Source: Ignavibacteria bacterium UBA7675
GTDB lineage: Bacteria; Bacteroidota; Ignavibacteria; Kapaibacteriales; UB7675
Direction of reading: 5' to 3'
DNA: 64,000 nt
Assembly (NCBI GenBank): GCA_002483085.1
Contig: DLHF01000080.1
Span: 223-64,222 of the forward strand
Below are positions 1-8,777 of the stretch, piece by piece. The position numbers and the translations under genes are program-made. The notes beneath the pieces are model-generated. The model saw nothing but the letters and a program-made list of their open reading frames with translations, was not told the DNA's origin and searched no databases. Each line of letters begins with the position of its first letter. Positions within the stretch are counted from its first letter, which is position 1.

Positions 1-2781
1 GGTCGACTCTGTACGCACGCCAAACCGTATGGTTGTGCCGATGTCGGCGGGGTTGGGGTACAGCACCGGGGCAATATCTTCGGGCGGGCTGCTGCTAACC
101 ACCACCGAAACACCACAGTGCGGATCGCCAATGGTCAGGATTGTTCTCGGCACGCCAAGGCCCTGTAGCGGCAGAGCGATGGAGCGACAGTATTTGGGAA
201 GAATCAGCGTATCGCGGTAGAGCTCTTGCTCGCGCGGATTGAAGCATACGAGCACACCAGCGGAGTCGCCCGGCGGAATGACGAGGGGAAACTGTGAGAG
301 CGGAGCGGAGAAGCGCGTGTTTTGCGATAGATACACTTCGGTGACAGCAAAGGGCAAGAGGCCGTAGTTGTACAGCATCACGGAATCGCAGTGCACCAGC
401 CTGCGCGATTCATCGCCGTAGATCATCATACCGCGGTTTGCCGGGACAAACTGTAGTGTATAGCCCTGAATTGTATCGCGGAAGTAGCGGGTATTGCCTC
501 GATAGTCTGTTGCTTCCACCGTGAAAATTGCGTCGAAATCCGGGTCGGTAATGCTTACCCGCAGGGTCATCATGCGCGGCAGATCTGCTGTATCGGGAGT
601 GACTGTGCAATTGACTATTTCCAATACTTGGACGCTTTCTATACCGAGATCAGTGAGAAGCGAATCGGTAAACGACACGAGCGCAGTTGTCTGGCAGGGG
701 TCGATGTTCAGCGTCATGTCCGGCGCGTTGTGGTCGTCCTTTGCTTCGTACTGGAACGCTGCGATGCGGCGCGGCGCGCAGTTGTCCACAATGATGAGTG
801 TATCGCCGAAGTCGCCTTCTTCCTTGGAGGTAAAGCACACAGTAATCTCGCGCGAGGCGCCCGGAGCCAGAACAAGCGGGAATGGCACCGGCGGCTGGAC
901 AGAGAATTTGGGGCTGCCGTTGCGGAAAAGCATCGTGTCGATGGTTTGCACGCTGCGCCCGTAGTTGACAAGGGTAAAAGATTCGCACAGTGTTTTCTCT
1001 GTGGAAAGAGTTCTCTGCCTGTGCACCACCATATCGGTGTGAATGGAGGAATCGACATGGACGGTAAAGCCGGGAATAAGAAATTCTTTTTCGGATCGCT
1101 GCCCTGCTGAGTCGGCGGCTACCATTGTAAACTGCCCATCTTCATACATATTCAGGAGCCGGGCGCGAAAGCCCACCGAATCGGCATAAGGTGTAAACGG
1201 AGCAATAGACACTGCCGAATTGATCTGCATACTTGCAGGAGCTTCTACGGAGCTAATGCGCGAATCGGTAGATAGAGTATCGTAGACCATGCCAAAGAGG
1301 CTGTAGCAACTATCGGTACTAAGTATACTGGGAGGAACACCGTCCTTTGCCAGAATCTGCAACTGGAGGCCGCCGATATAGCCATAGGAGTTAGCTGGGC
1401 CATAGCCATACACATACAAGCCAAAGGTGGAATCGGCAGTAATCGTATGCGAGCCATCGCTCATGCGCACGTGGGCGTAGGAATACCCGGTGGTGCTAAT
1501 AGGCGAAAACGCCAAGTCGGTGCGCAATGTACCGTCGATTTTCACTGTAGATCGGTAGTTGTCAGCAATCACAATGGTGATATACTGTAGGGTGTAGGAA
1601 GTAATCTGATTACCATCAAAGTCTTTTTGTATTCCCTGAGCATTTACAAATGTGTAGGATGGCATGAACTGTTCGCTGGGCGGGATAAGCATCATAAAGG
1701 GATCGGAGACTTGGTCTAAGTTCACACCACCGCTTTGATTCCCGCTTGTTTTCCTGTATTGCGCTACTAATATTTGGCCTGTTGCTGTAATATGATGCGC
1801 GCCGGTCAGAGGGCGTTCGATAAATCCACCTCGGTTCAGCGTGGCTGTCAGTACGCCGTCGATAGATACTTGTGTGCCGTCGAAAGCGGCGAGTACGCGG
1901 TAGAGATCGGTGCCTTGCGGCGCTTCGTTGAGGCTTGGAATATAGGGAACAACGAAAGCGCTTCGGCCCCATGTGGCTACTGGCAGGAGCTGTTCCACAA
2001 GGTGGTCGCGCGAGGAGAGAATATCAACATCTACAGGGATAGTAGCTCTTTGATGACCAGCGAAGACGGCAATTGGCTTATCAGACTGAACAATCGAACC
2101 TGTAAGATCGGCGGTTAGATTAATATTTATACTAGCTTGCACCAGATAGGAAACACCTTTGTCGAGCCGGATGGTTTGCGTCGCCGTGCCCTTATCCCTG
2201 GTAGCTACGCTGGGGATAATCGTCACTGTTGTGTTGTCTTCGGTAGCCACTACTGCAAATTCTGATGGCGTTTGCTGGCCGACTCCTACCAAACCATCGC
2301 TGTTATAGGCGATAATGATATACTCAGTGCCGAGCACATCTTGCGGCAGAGCCAGAAAAGCATCACTTGAGAACATTGCCTGGCTCAGGCCATAGACAGT
2401 AATCTCGTCGTCGGCAGTGATGTGGAATACTTGGGGGGCTTCCTGTTCATTTTGCGAACTCGGTAGAGAGACCCCAGTGGTATTAAAGCCCACGAGCTCG
2501 TGTAGCGCAGCTTCTATTTTGAAGTGAAAGATTTCATTGGCCTTTGCAATCTGGAACACCTGCGACGACGAAATGCCATTGATATCTGTCCAGCGGATAA
2601 CGCCCTGCGTAGGCTTTTCTGATGTTAGGAAAATATGCAGGGAATCATCGTGGTCATCGGTGTGGAAATTTGGCAAAAAAGTAAGCCAAAATTCGCGGCC
2701 TTTGCTGTCGAGAATTTCCTGCGCTGTACCTGTTTCTGCAAATCCACAAAGGAGGATGAACAACAAACAAGTGTAGGCCAT
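1..2781 (-). CDS. Large secreted adhesin-like T9SS cargo protein; paralogue of the downstream 1000-aa protein; 3'-partial (C-terminus runs off the window start)
   Basis: Manual translation of the minus strand gives one open frame from an ATG at 2781 (alternative ATG 2829) to base 1 with no stop. The ORF track omits it because there is no in-window stop. N-terminal signal peptide MAYTCLLFILLCGFAETGTAQE. Collinear similarity to the 2896..5898 protein (e.g. FAGHQRATIP / FSGHQRATIP, YVYGYGPANSYGYIGG / YVYGYGEADSYGYTGG). The last residues, ...LYPNPADIGTTIRFGV, are the start of a Por/T9SS C-terminal sorting domain. Confidence 0.75.
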   Translation of the reverse strand, partial: MAYTCLLFILLCGFAETGTAQEILDSKGREFWLTFLPNFHTDDHDDSLHIFLTSEKPTQGVIRWTDINGISSSQVFQIAKANEIFHFKIEAALHELVGFNTTGVSLPSSQNEQEAPQVFHITADDEITVYGLSQAMFSSDAFLALPQDVLGTEYIIIAYNSDGLVGVGQQTPSEFAVVATEDNTTVTIIPSVATRDKGTATQTIRLDKGVSYLVQASININLTADLTGSIVQSDKPIAVFAGHQRATIPVDVDILSSRDHLVEQLLPVATWGRSAFVVPYIPSLNEAPQGTDLYRVLAAFDGTQVSIDGVLTATLNRGGFIERPLTGAHHITATGQILVAQYRKTSGNQSGGVNLDQVSDPFMMLIPPSEQFMPSYTFVNAQGIQKDFDGNQITSYTLQYITIVIADNYRSTVKIDGTLRTDLAFSPISTTGYSYAHVRMSDGSHTITADSTFGLYVYGYGPANSYGYIGGLQLQILAKDGVPPSILSTDSCYSLFGMVYDTLSTDSRISSVEAPASMQINSAVSIAPFTPYADSVGFRARLLNMYEDGQFTMVAADSAGQRSEKEFLIPGFTVHVDSSIHTDMVVHRQRTLSTEKTLCESFTLVNYGRSVQTIDTMLFRNGSPKFSVQPPVPFPLVLAPGASREITVCFTSKEEGDFGDTLIIVDNCAPRRIAAFQYEAKDDHNAPDMTLNIDPCQTTALVSFTDSLLTDLGIESVQVLEIVNCTVTPDTADLPRMMTLRVSITDPDFDAIFTVEATDYRGNTRYFRDTIQGYTLQFVPANRGMMIYGDESRRLVHCDSVMLYNYGLLPFAVTEVYLSQNTRFSAPLSQFPLVIPPGDSAGVLVCFNPREQELYRDTLILPKYCRSIALPLQGLGVPRTILTIGDPHCGVSVVVSSSPPEDIAPVLYPNPADIGTTIRFGVRTEST

Positions 2782-2895
2782 GCGACGTATTGTTGTGCCG
2801 GTGCTGGCGTAGTGTATCAAAAGAGTCATATAATGTCTCCGAACGGGTCTTACAAATACAGAAAATGAATCAGGTATCTCATGTGCTCTTGGCTT

Positions 2896-5800
2896 CTAAT
2901 GTTTTATTATCAATCTGCGAGATAGCAGAGCTCCGGCTGTCTGTACTACAGCTATGTATGCACCGCTCTGCAATGCCGACGTGTCTATTGCGATATCGTA
3001 CACGCCGGTTGTATCGGCGGTAAACTCTGCTTCTTTTGCGGCTACTCCATGCGCGGTGTACAGTCGCAGTGCTATCGGCTCTCTGGCTCGGGCTATCATG
3101 CGCAGAATAACTTCTTCATCAGCGGGATTGGGGTAGCCTGCAAGGAGCAAGAGTGCGTCTGCACTGGGGCTGGCCGATAGTGCAATACGCACATCACATC
3201 CCGTGGACACAATACGCGGGGGCGAGCTTCCCGCTGCCGACAATGCGATTGGAATGGCTGTACAGAGATGTGCAATATCTATTGTGTCGGTGTACAGCCG
3301 GTTGGCATCGGGTGCAAAGATAATCTGAATTACACGCGATTCCTGCGGGGGAACTACGACCGGAAATTGCGACAGAGGAGCGGAGAACGATACATTGCTA
3401 TGGAAATATGCGCCAGTAATTTCCATTGGCAGCAGACCCGCATTGTACACTTCTACACCGCTGTATTGTCCAGCGGGCGGCGGCGTGGGTGGCAGGACAT
3501 AGGCCATCTGTACTGCGCGTAGCGTCCTGCCTTGGATTGTGTCGGCAAGGTGCAGTTCATTTCCCGCTTCATCAATGGCGAGAATCTCTACAATGCCGTC
3601 GTTGTCGGGGTCCACGAGCGAAGCCGTATAGCGTATCATCAGCGGGAAGCCGCCAGAATCTATCGAAATAACGGCATTGTGTGTACGTTCTACGCGCACG
3701 CTTTGCAGCCCCCAATCCGTGGGGAGCTGTTCGGCAATGGTTCCTTTGTGCTGTAGGCTACAAGTGTCTACAATAGCGGTAAACTGCGGTTGTGCTGTGT
3801 CGTGTACTGCTTCGACGGCGAATGTAACGGTTGTGCGCGCAGTGCAGACATTGCTTATAACAAGCGTATCGCGGAACATGCCCGCCTCGCTGCTTTGGAA
3901 GCACACCCGTACAAATTTTCTTTCGCCGGGATTCACTCGCAGCGGCATCGATGTCGCGAGGGAATAGCGTGTGCCGGGCAGAGCTGCCGATACCGTGTGC
4001 GTGGTTGTACCGTAGTTCCGCAATTCGATATCGAAGCACAACTCGCGGTTGATGCGAGTGGTTGCTTCTATGGACGTACCGCCGGTTGCCACAACAGCCG
4101 CATCCACGGTAAAGCCATACAGGACGATGTCCTTTTCCGTGCGCAGGCGTGCTGAGTCCTGCACAATAATCCGCAGAGAGCCATCGCGATACACATCGGC
4201 GAGGTGGGCGCCGAAAGCTGCAACGGGTGGGAATGTATCGGAGATGGAAGGCAATTCTACTTCTACATTAACACGGAGCGATTCCGGTGCTTCTACCGAG
4301 CGAATGCCTGAGTCGGCAGTAGCTGAGTCGTGCACAATCCCCGCAACAACACATTCTGCTGTTGCTGCCAGTTCCGGCGGGGTCAAGTCTTTGGGAATGA
4401 GGGCGGCGCGCATACCACCTGTGTAGCCATAGGAATCCGCTTCGCCATAGCCGTACACATACAGGCCAAACCCTGTGCCAGCTTCGGCGCTGTGCACGCC
4501 ATCAGACAAGGGGAGTTGCGCGTACATCCACTGTGTGCCGGGGACGGGCTGGAACATATCGGTAGCAACCGAAGAGCCGTCGAGCCGGAACGAGGAGATG
4601 TGCGATTGCGGTATCACAATGGTTGCGTATTGCTCTTGGAACACAATCGGCTTGAAAAAAGGCGGTTCGGGTATGCTCAGCTCTACCTGTGGATTGATAA
4701 AGCGATACGACGCCAAAAATTGCTCTTCGGGCGGGATGAGCATCATAAACGGGTCGCCCGATTTGCCGGCGGCTTCCATATCGGCACGCGATGTCTTTTT
4801 GTACTGAGCCACGAGCACCGGCGATGTCGCCTCGATGCGAAGCGGCTGTAAAAGTGCCTGCTCGTAGTAGTTTCCCGCTGCGAGTACGGCTGTAGCAGCG
4901 CCATTGATCACCACATGAGTGCTGTCGTAAAAAGCTAGAATACGGACAAGATCGTTACCGGAAGATGTCTGATTGTGTGCAGCAGGGTAGGGAATGGCTA
5001 AGGCGCGATAGCCCCACGCTTCTACTGGCGGCAGTTGCTCGATGAGGTAATCGCGAGTGCGGAGTTCGCTGCTTTGCTCTATTGGAATGGTAGCGCGCTG
5101 GTGGCCGGAAAATACCGCCACAGGGCTACTGGTTGTAATTTTTGTACCTGTCAGGTCGGTCAGGAGCTGGCCACGAGAAATTTCTGCTTGTACGAGATAG
5201 CACTCACCTGCTTGGAGCACGAAGCGTTGCTCGGCCATACCGTTTTCCCATGTGGGTTGTGCAGGGGCAATCTCCACTTCGGTGTTGTCTTCGGTTGCTA
5301 CAATTGCAAACTGCGAGGGGGTGCTGAATCCATCGAGCACAGGGCCGTTGGCTCGCCCATTGCTGTTGTAGGAAAGCACAGCGTAGTGCCTGCCGAGAGC
5401 GTCGACGGGCAGTACAAGAAAGGCATCGCTCGATTTGTAACTGCGGCTCATCGCATACACCGTTACATCGGCATCAGTGGTAACGCGGAACGACTGTAGC
5501 GCTACCTGCTCGTTTTGTTCGTTGAACGAGGGTATGACACCACTGTTGTTAAATCCTTCGAGCTCGAATTGCATGGCCGGTACGGCAAATGTGTACATGG
5601 CAGCGGGGTCGGCAACGGAAAAGGTATGTATCCAAGACTGGCCATACCTGTTGCGGTAGCTGATCTCTCCGGTTGTTGGTTTGCTGGCAGCAACAAAAAT
5701 ATACAGAGAATCTCGATTGTCAAAGAGGGCATCGTGATAATTCGGCGGAAAAGTAAACCGAAAGTCGCGACCCTGGCTGTCGGGCTGTGCTGCCACAGGC

Positions 5801-5898
5801 TGGCAGAAGGCGAACCACAAGAGCACAACGAGCACCGTATATCCTCCGGCTGCATTGCGCAGGCTGCTCGGAAGGGGATATGATTGTCTCGGCTTCAT
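2896..5898 (-). CDS. Large secreted adhesin-like protein (1000 aa) with T9SS C-terminal sorting domain
   Basis: ORF-track ORF. Signal peptide (VLVVLLWFAFCQPVAAQ). C-terminus ...GYPNPADEEVILRMIA...GAYIAVVQTAGALLSRRLIIKH is typical of a Por_Secre_tail/T9SS CTD. It is the tandem paralogue of the 1..2781 gene. Confidence 0.8.
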   Translation of the reverse strand: MKPRQSYPLPSSLRNAAGGYTVLVVLLWFAFCQPVAAQPDSQGRDFRFTFPPNYHDALFDNRDSLYIFVAASKPTTGEISYRNRYGQSWIHTFSVADPAAMYTFAVPAMQFELEGFNNSGVIPSFNEQNEQVALQSFRVTTDADVTVYAMSRSYKSSDAFLVLPVDALGRHYAVLSYNSNGRANGPVLDGFSTPSQFAIVATEDNTEVEIAPAQPTWENGMAEQRFVLQAGECYLVQAEISRGQLLTDLTGTKITTSSPVAVFSGHQRATIPIEQSSELRTRDYLIEQLPPVEAWGYRALAIPYPAAHNQTSSGNDLVRILAFYDSTHVVINGAATAVLAAGNYYEQALLQPLRIEATSPVLVAQYKKTSRADMEAAGKSGDPFMMLIPPEEQFLASYRFINPQVELSIPEPPFFKPIVFQEQYATIVIPQSHISSFRLDGSSVATDMFQPVPGTQWMYAQLPLSDGVHSAEAGTGFGLYVYGYGEADSYGYTGGMRAALIPKDLTPPELAATAECVVAGIVHDSATADSGIRSVEAPESLRVNVEVELPSISDTFPPVAAFGAHLADVYRDGSLRIIVQDSARLRTEKDIVLYGFTVDAAVVATGGTSIEATTRINRELCFDIELRNYGTTTHTVSAALPGTRYSLATSMPLRVNPGERKFVRVCFQSSEAGMFRDTLVISNVCTARTTVTFAVEAVHDTAQPQFTAIVDTCSLQHKGTIAEQLPTDWGLQSVRVERTHNAVISIDSGGFPLMIRYTASLVDPDNDGIVEILAIDEAGNELHLADTIQGRTLRAVQMAYVLPPTPPPAGQYSGVEVYNAGLLPMEITGAYFHSNVSFSAPLSQFPVVVPPQESRVIQIIFAPDANRLYTDTIDIAHLCTAIPIALSAAGSSPPRIVSTGCDVRIALSASPSADALLLLAGYPNPADEEVILRMIARAREPIALRLYTAHGVAAKEAEFTADTTGVYDIAIDTSALQSGAYIAVVQTAGALLSRRLIIKH

Positions 5899-5928
5899 GA
5901 TCCGGAAACCTCTCTATAGTAGCATTGG

Positions 5929-6906
5929 TTACGAATCCTTTGTAAGGGTGTGTGCAAATAGCACCTGCCCCTCGCGGTTGATAAACTGCACGTGGAAGCG
6001 TGTACGCGATATTGCTGCATAGGCAAAACCGCCGTTGGTGGCGGCAAATATTGTGTTGTCGCCATAGGCTGTGTCGCGAGCACCACCGCCTGCCCCGGAA
6101 ATCAAGCAGTAAAAGTAGTCGCCGGGAGCTTTGAGGTACTGTAAGTCGTGGTCGTGTCCGCACAAATACATGTCTACGTGGTACCTGTCGAACAGCGGTT
6201 TGATATGCCGGAGCATTACGTCTTGGTCGCCATACGCTCCGTGAGAGCGCACCATGTGATGCCCTACTGCTACTTTCCATTGCGCCTTCGACGCCGCAAG
6301 TGCTTTCTCTAACCATTCTTTCTGCTCGTCGCGTGCTTTGCCATTCATAATGCGCTGGGTGTCCAATGCAAAAAAATCAACGTGCACGCCGGGCTCGATT
6401 TCTTTGCTGAAAGTATAGTAGCGCGAGGGCATATTCCAGCGCGGGTTGGCTGCGCTGTATTCTACCTGCGCCTCTGCTTTGCCACGGTAATCGTGGTTGC
6501 CCAGCACGGCATACCAGGGTATTTCTAATGCCCGACCTGTGTACACCTGTTCGAATTTTGCACGCCATTGTGCGTCATCCGCCGATTCTACGCCGCCCGG
6601 GTAGATGTTATCTCCGGTGCTGACGACAAACGCACATGCCTCTTGTTCGGCCTTGATGAGCATCTGCGAGGCTACCTGCCGCTGAAATTTTCCGCCCGCT
6701 CCCCAGTCGCCTATGATGAGAAATCGCACCGACTGTGTATTTTTGAACTTCTCGACGGTAAATGGCGGTACGGGCCGAGCGTTGTCGACGCGCTTGCCCA
6801 AAAGCAGAGCGGGCGCTCCGGCGAGCAATGAAGTAATTGAAGTGATCTTTGCCCGACCTATAGCCGCTATGCCGGGAAGAGATTGGAGAAAGGAGCGTCT
6901 TTGCAT
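5929..6906 (-). CDS. Tat-exported calcineurin-like metallophosphoesterase (purple-acid-phosphatase-like)
   Basis: Motifs GDWGAGG, STGDNIY, GNHDY, GHHMVRSHG and CGHDHDLQY are the metallophosphatase signatures. Twin-arginine signal MQRRSFLQSLPGIAAIG. Start refined to the ATG at 6906; the track ORF extends to 7023. Confidence 0.8.
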   Translation of the reverse strand: MQRRSFLQSLPGIAAIGRAKITSITSLLAGAPALLLGKRVDNARPVPPFTVEKFKNTQSVRFLIIGDWGAGGKFQRQVASQMLIKAEQEACAFVVSTGDNIYPGGVESADDAQWRAKFEQVYTGRALEIPWYAVLGNHDYRGKAEAQVEYSAANPRWNMPSRYYTFSKEIEPGVHVDFFALDTQRIMNGKARDEQKEWLEKALAASKAQWKVAVGHHMVRSHGAYGDQDVMLRHIKPLFDRYHVDMYLCGHDHDLQYLKAPGDYFYCLISGAGGGARDTAYGDNTIFAATNGGFAYAAISRTRFHVQFINREGQVLFAHTLTKDS

Positions 6907-7034
6907 ATCGTTGCGTTTGGCTATTCTTTGTAATAAAGTTATCTGTTGTTCGCAGGCAATGCCTGTAAAGATTGCTGCGCTTCGGTCTCTGTGCGTGCCT
7001 TCGGTCTGTGCGCCGCGCTGCACGTCCGCCGCGT

Positions 7035-7230
7035 GGCTGGAAATTATCGTAAGCTCGTCCTCGCACCGTTACGGTAACAAATGCAAAGACGTTGGCCTTC
7101 GTCGCGTTGGGGAAGAGTAGCGCATATATTGCAACGTTCTGCTCATAGCGGTTGGCCAACGCGGTATTGCTGCCGCCTGTGGAAACCCACAGGGAAGAGC
7201 CAAAAGCCAATGTAGGAGTTGCTGCAATGA
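7035..7230 (+). repeat. L1-type intergenic repeat element, copy A (core ...ATCGTAAGCTCGTCCTCGCACCGTTACGGTAACAAATGC...)
   Basis: Shares a ~55-nt conserved module with copies at 23915, 46823 and (reverse) 57190-57250. Lies in the divergent promoter region between the phosphatase and the trmH-like gene. Confidence 0.6.
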
Positions 7231-7283
7231 TGTCAAATGAAAATATTCCTGCCTTACAAATACGTCTATAGGGCTTTCCTGTT

Positions 7284-7856
7284 GTGACAGTAACAAAGAA
7301 TATGAGAAAACTGCTTCACGCCGAACTTGTAGCGCAGCGGCTCAGCGAAAAAGAGGCCGAATGTGCCGAACGACATCCCGTTGCACTACTTCTACACAAT
7401 ATTCGTAGTCTGTACAATGTTGGCTCGATGTTCCGCACTGCCGATGCTGCCCTTGCAAGCGAGCTTATTCTTTGCGGCTATACCCCCAGCCCTCCGCGAA
7501 AAGAAATTGAAAAAACAGCTCTTGGCGCTGTGGATACAGTGCCGTGGAGCTATGAGCAAAGTACGGTGCAGGCTATTGCTATGCTGAAAAAACGCGGCTA
7601 TACGGTGCTGGCGCTGGAGCTTACGGACAAAGGCCGTTCCTACGACGAGCTCTCCGCCGCCGATTTTCCGCTGTGCCTTGTTGCTGGCAATGAAATCACA
7701 GGCGTGGACGACGATGTGCTGGCGCTGTGCGACGGCGCACTACAGATACCGATGTTTGGGGTAAAGCACTCGCTGAATGTTGGTGTTGCCACAGGCATTG
7801 CGCTCTTTGAGGCCGTGCGGTGCTGGCGCTCTGTGGAGAGCTCCGTATCCAACTGA
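7284..7856 (+). CDS. SpoU/TrmH-family RNA 2'-O-ribose methyltransferase
   Basis: RSLYNVGSMFRTADA and LVAGNEITGVDDDVL...NVGVATGIALFE match SpoU_methylase motifs. Confidence 0.8.
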   Translation: MTVTKNMRKLLHAELVAQRLSEKEAECAERHPVALLLHNIRSLYNVGSMFRTADAALASELILCGYTPSPPRKEIEKTALGAVDTVPWSYEQSTVQAIAMLKKRGYTVLALELTDKGRSYDELSAADFPLCLVAGNEITGVDDDVLALCDGALQIPMFGVKHSLNVGVATGIALFEAVRCWRSVESSVSN

Positions 7857-7966
7857 AACAATTAAAATAATTTACATAATGGTAACTGAAACCGCGCCAT
7901 CTGTTTCTTCTGATGGGTGGAAATAGTAAGTTGTACAATCTGTTCCCGAAGGTAAGGTAGCGACTG

Positions 7967-8749
7967 ATGAATCAGATTATAGCTGTTCCCGATAATCCCG
8001 CTTTTGCGCCGCTTCTTGCGAATATCGAATCAATAGCGGCGTCACGGGGTTTTGATGTAGTACGCCTGCCAGAGGCCGACTGCGCCGATGCACTGCTGCG
8101 CAATCGCGCCGAACTCGCATTGGTGTCGCCGCTTGGCTATGGGCAGGCAGTAGGCAGAGCCGACTACCGGATTGTTCCCGGCCCGGCTTGTATTTACCAA
8201 GGTCTCACCTATGAAGCCTCGATCTATATGCGCGAGAATGCCGCAGAGATTGAGAGTTGTGTTTCTCCCCACGCGCGCGACTTTATACCGCAGCTTGGTG
8301 CGATGATCCTCAACGATAAATTCGGCCTGCCGTTTACGGCGGTGGAATCTGTGAAGCCCGCACCAGTTGCCGATCTTCTCGAACAGTACGATGTGGTGAT
8401 CGACTGGGGATTTGATGCCCAACAAAAAGTGGTGCTGGATGTCAGCGACGAATGGTACGATCTGGCCTCGCTCTCTCTGCCCGTGATGATGTGGGTGTGC
8501 CGACCCGATGATATGCCGGAAGACCTTGCGGACATGGTGAGCAGTTTTGCTGCGCCAGACCTTCATACCCGGGAAATTGTAGAGCAGACCTACCACAACG
8601 CCAATGCCGAGCGGGAAGGTGCTGTGATCTGGCAATGGAACGACGACGTAGAACCCGCCTTGTACAAGCTCTTTGAAATGATGTTCTTCCTACAGCGCAT
8701 ACCGGAAATACCGGCGATCAAGCTCTGGGGGCGCGATCCTGTGGAGTGA
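7967..8749 (+). CDS. MqnA/MqnD-family (futalosine-pathway, periplasmic-binding-fold) protein homologue
   Basis: N-terminal pattern IIAVPDNPAFAPLL...ELALVSPLGY...RIVPGPACIYQG resembles the VitK2_biosynth (MqnA/MqnD) family. Assignment from memory only. Confidence 0.45.
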   Translation: MNQIIAVPDNPAFAPLLANIESIAASRGFDVVRLPEADCADALLRNRAELALVSPLGYGQAVGRADYRIVPGPACIYQGLTYEASIYMRENAAEIESCVSPHARDFIPQLGAMILNDKFGLPFTAVESVKPAPVADLLEQYDVVIDWGFDAQQKVVLDVSDEWYDLASLSLPVMMWVCRPDDMPEDLADMVSSFAAPDLHTREIVEQTYHNANAEREGAVIWQWNDDVEPALYKLFEMMFFLQRIPEIPAIKLWGRDPVE

Positions 8750-8777
8750 TCCACTTCTACAACCTGACTACACAACA

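Noticed and set aside
3268-5883. Multiple 80-170-aa plus-strand ORFs inside the 1000-aa adhesin gene
   Set aside because: All lie antisense within a gene with coherent signal peptide, paralogy and T9SS CTD. These are shadow ORFs.
5720-7210. ORFs 5720..6316(-), 6608..7210(-) and 6713..7120(+) overlapping the phosphatase gene and its upstream region
   Set aside because: Out-of-frame overlaps with the metallophosphatase CDS, or running through the L1 repeat in the intergenic region. No motifs.
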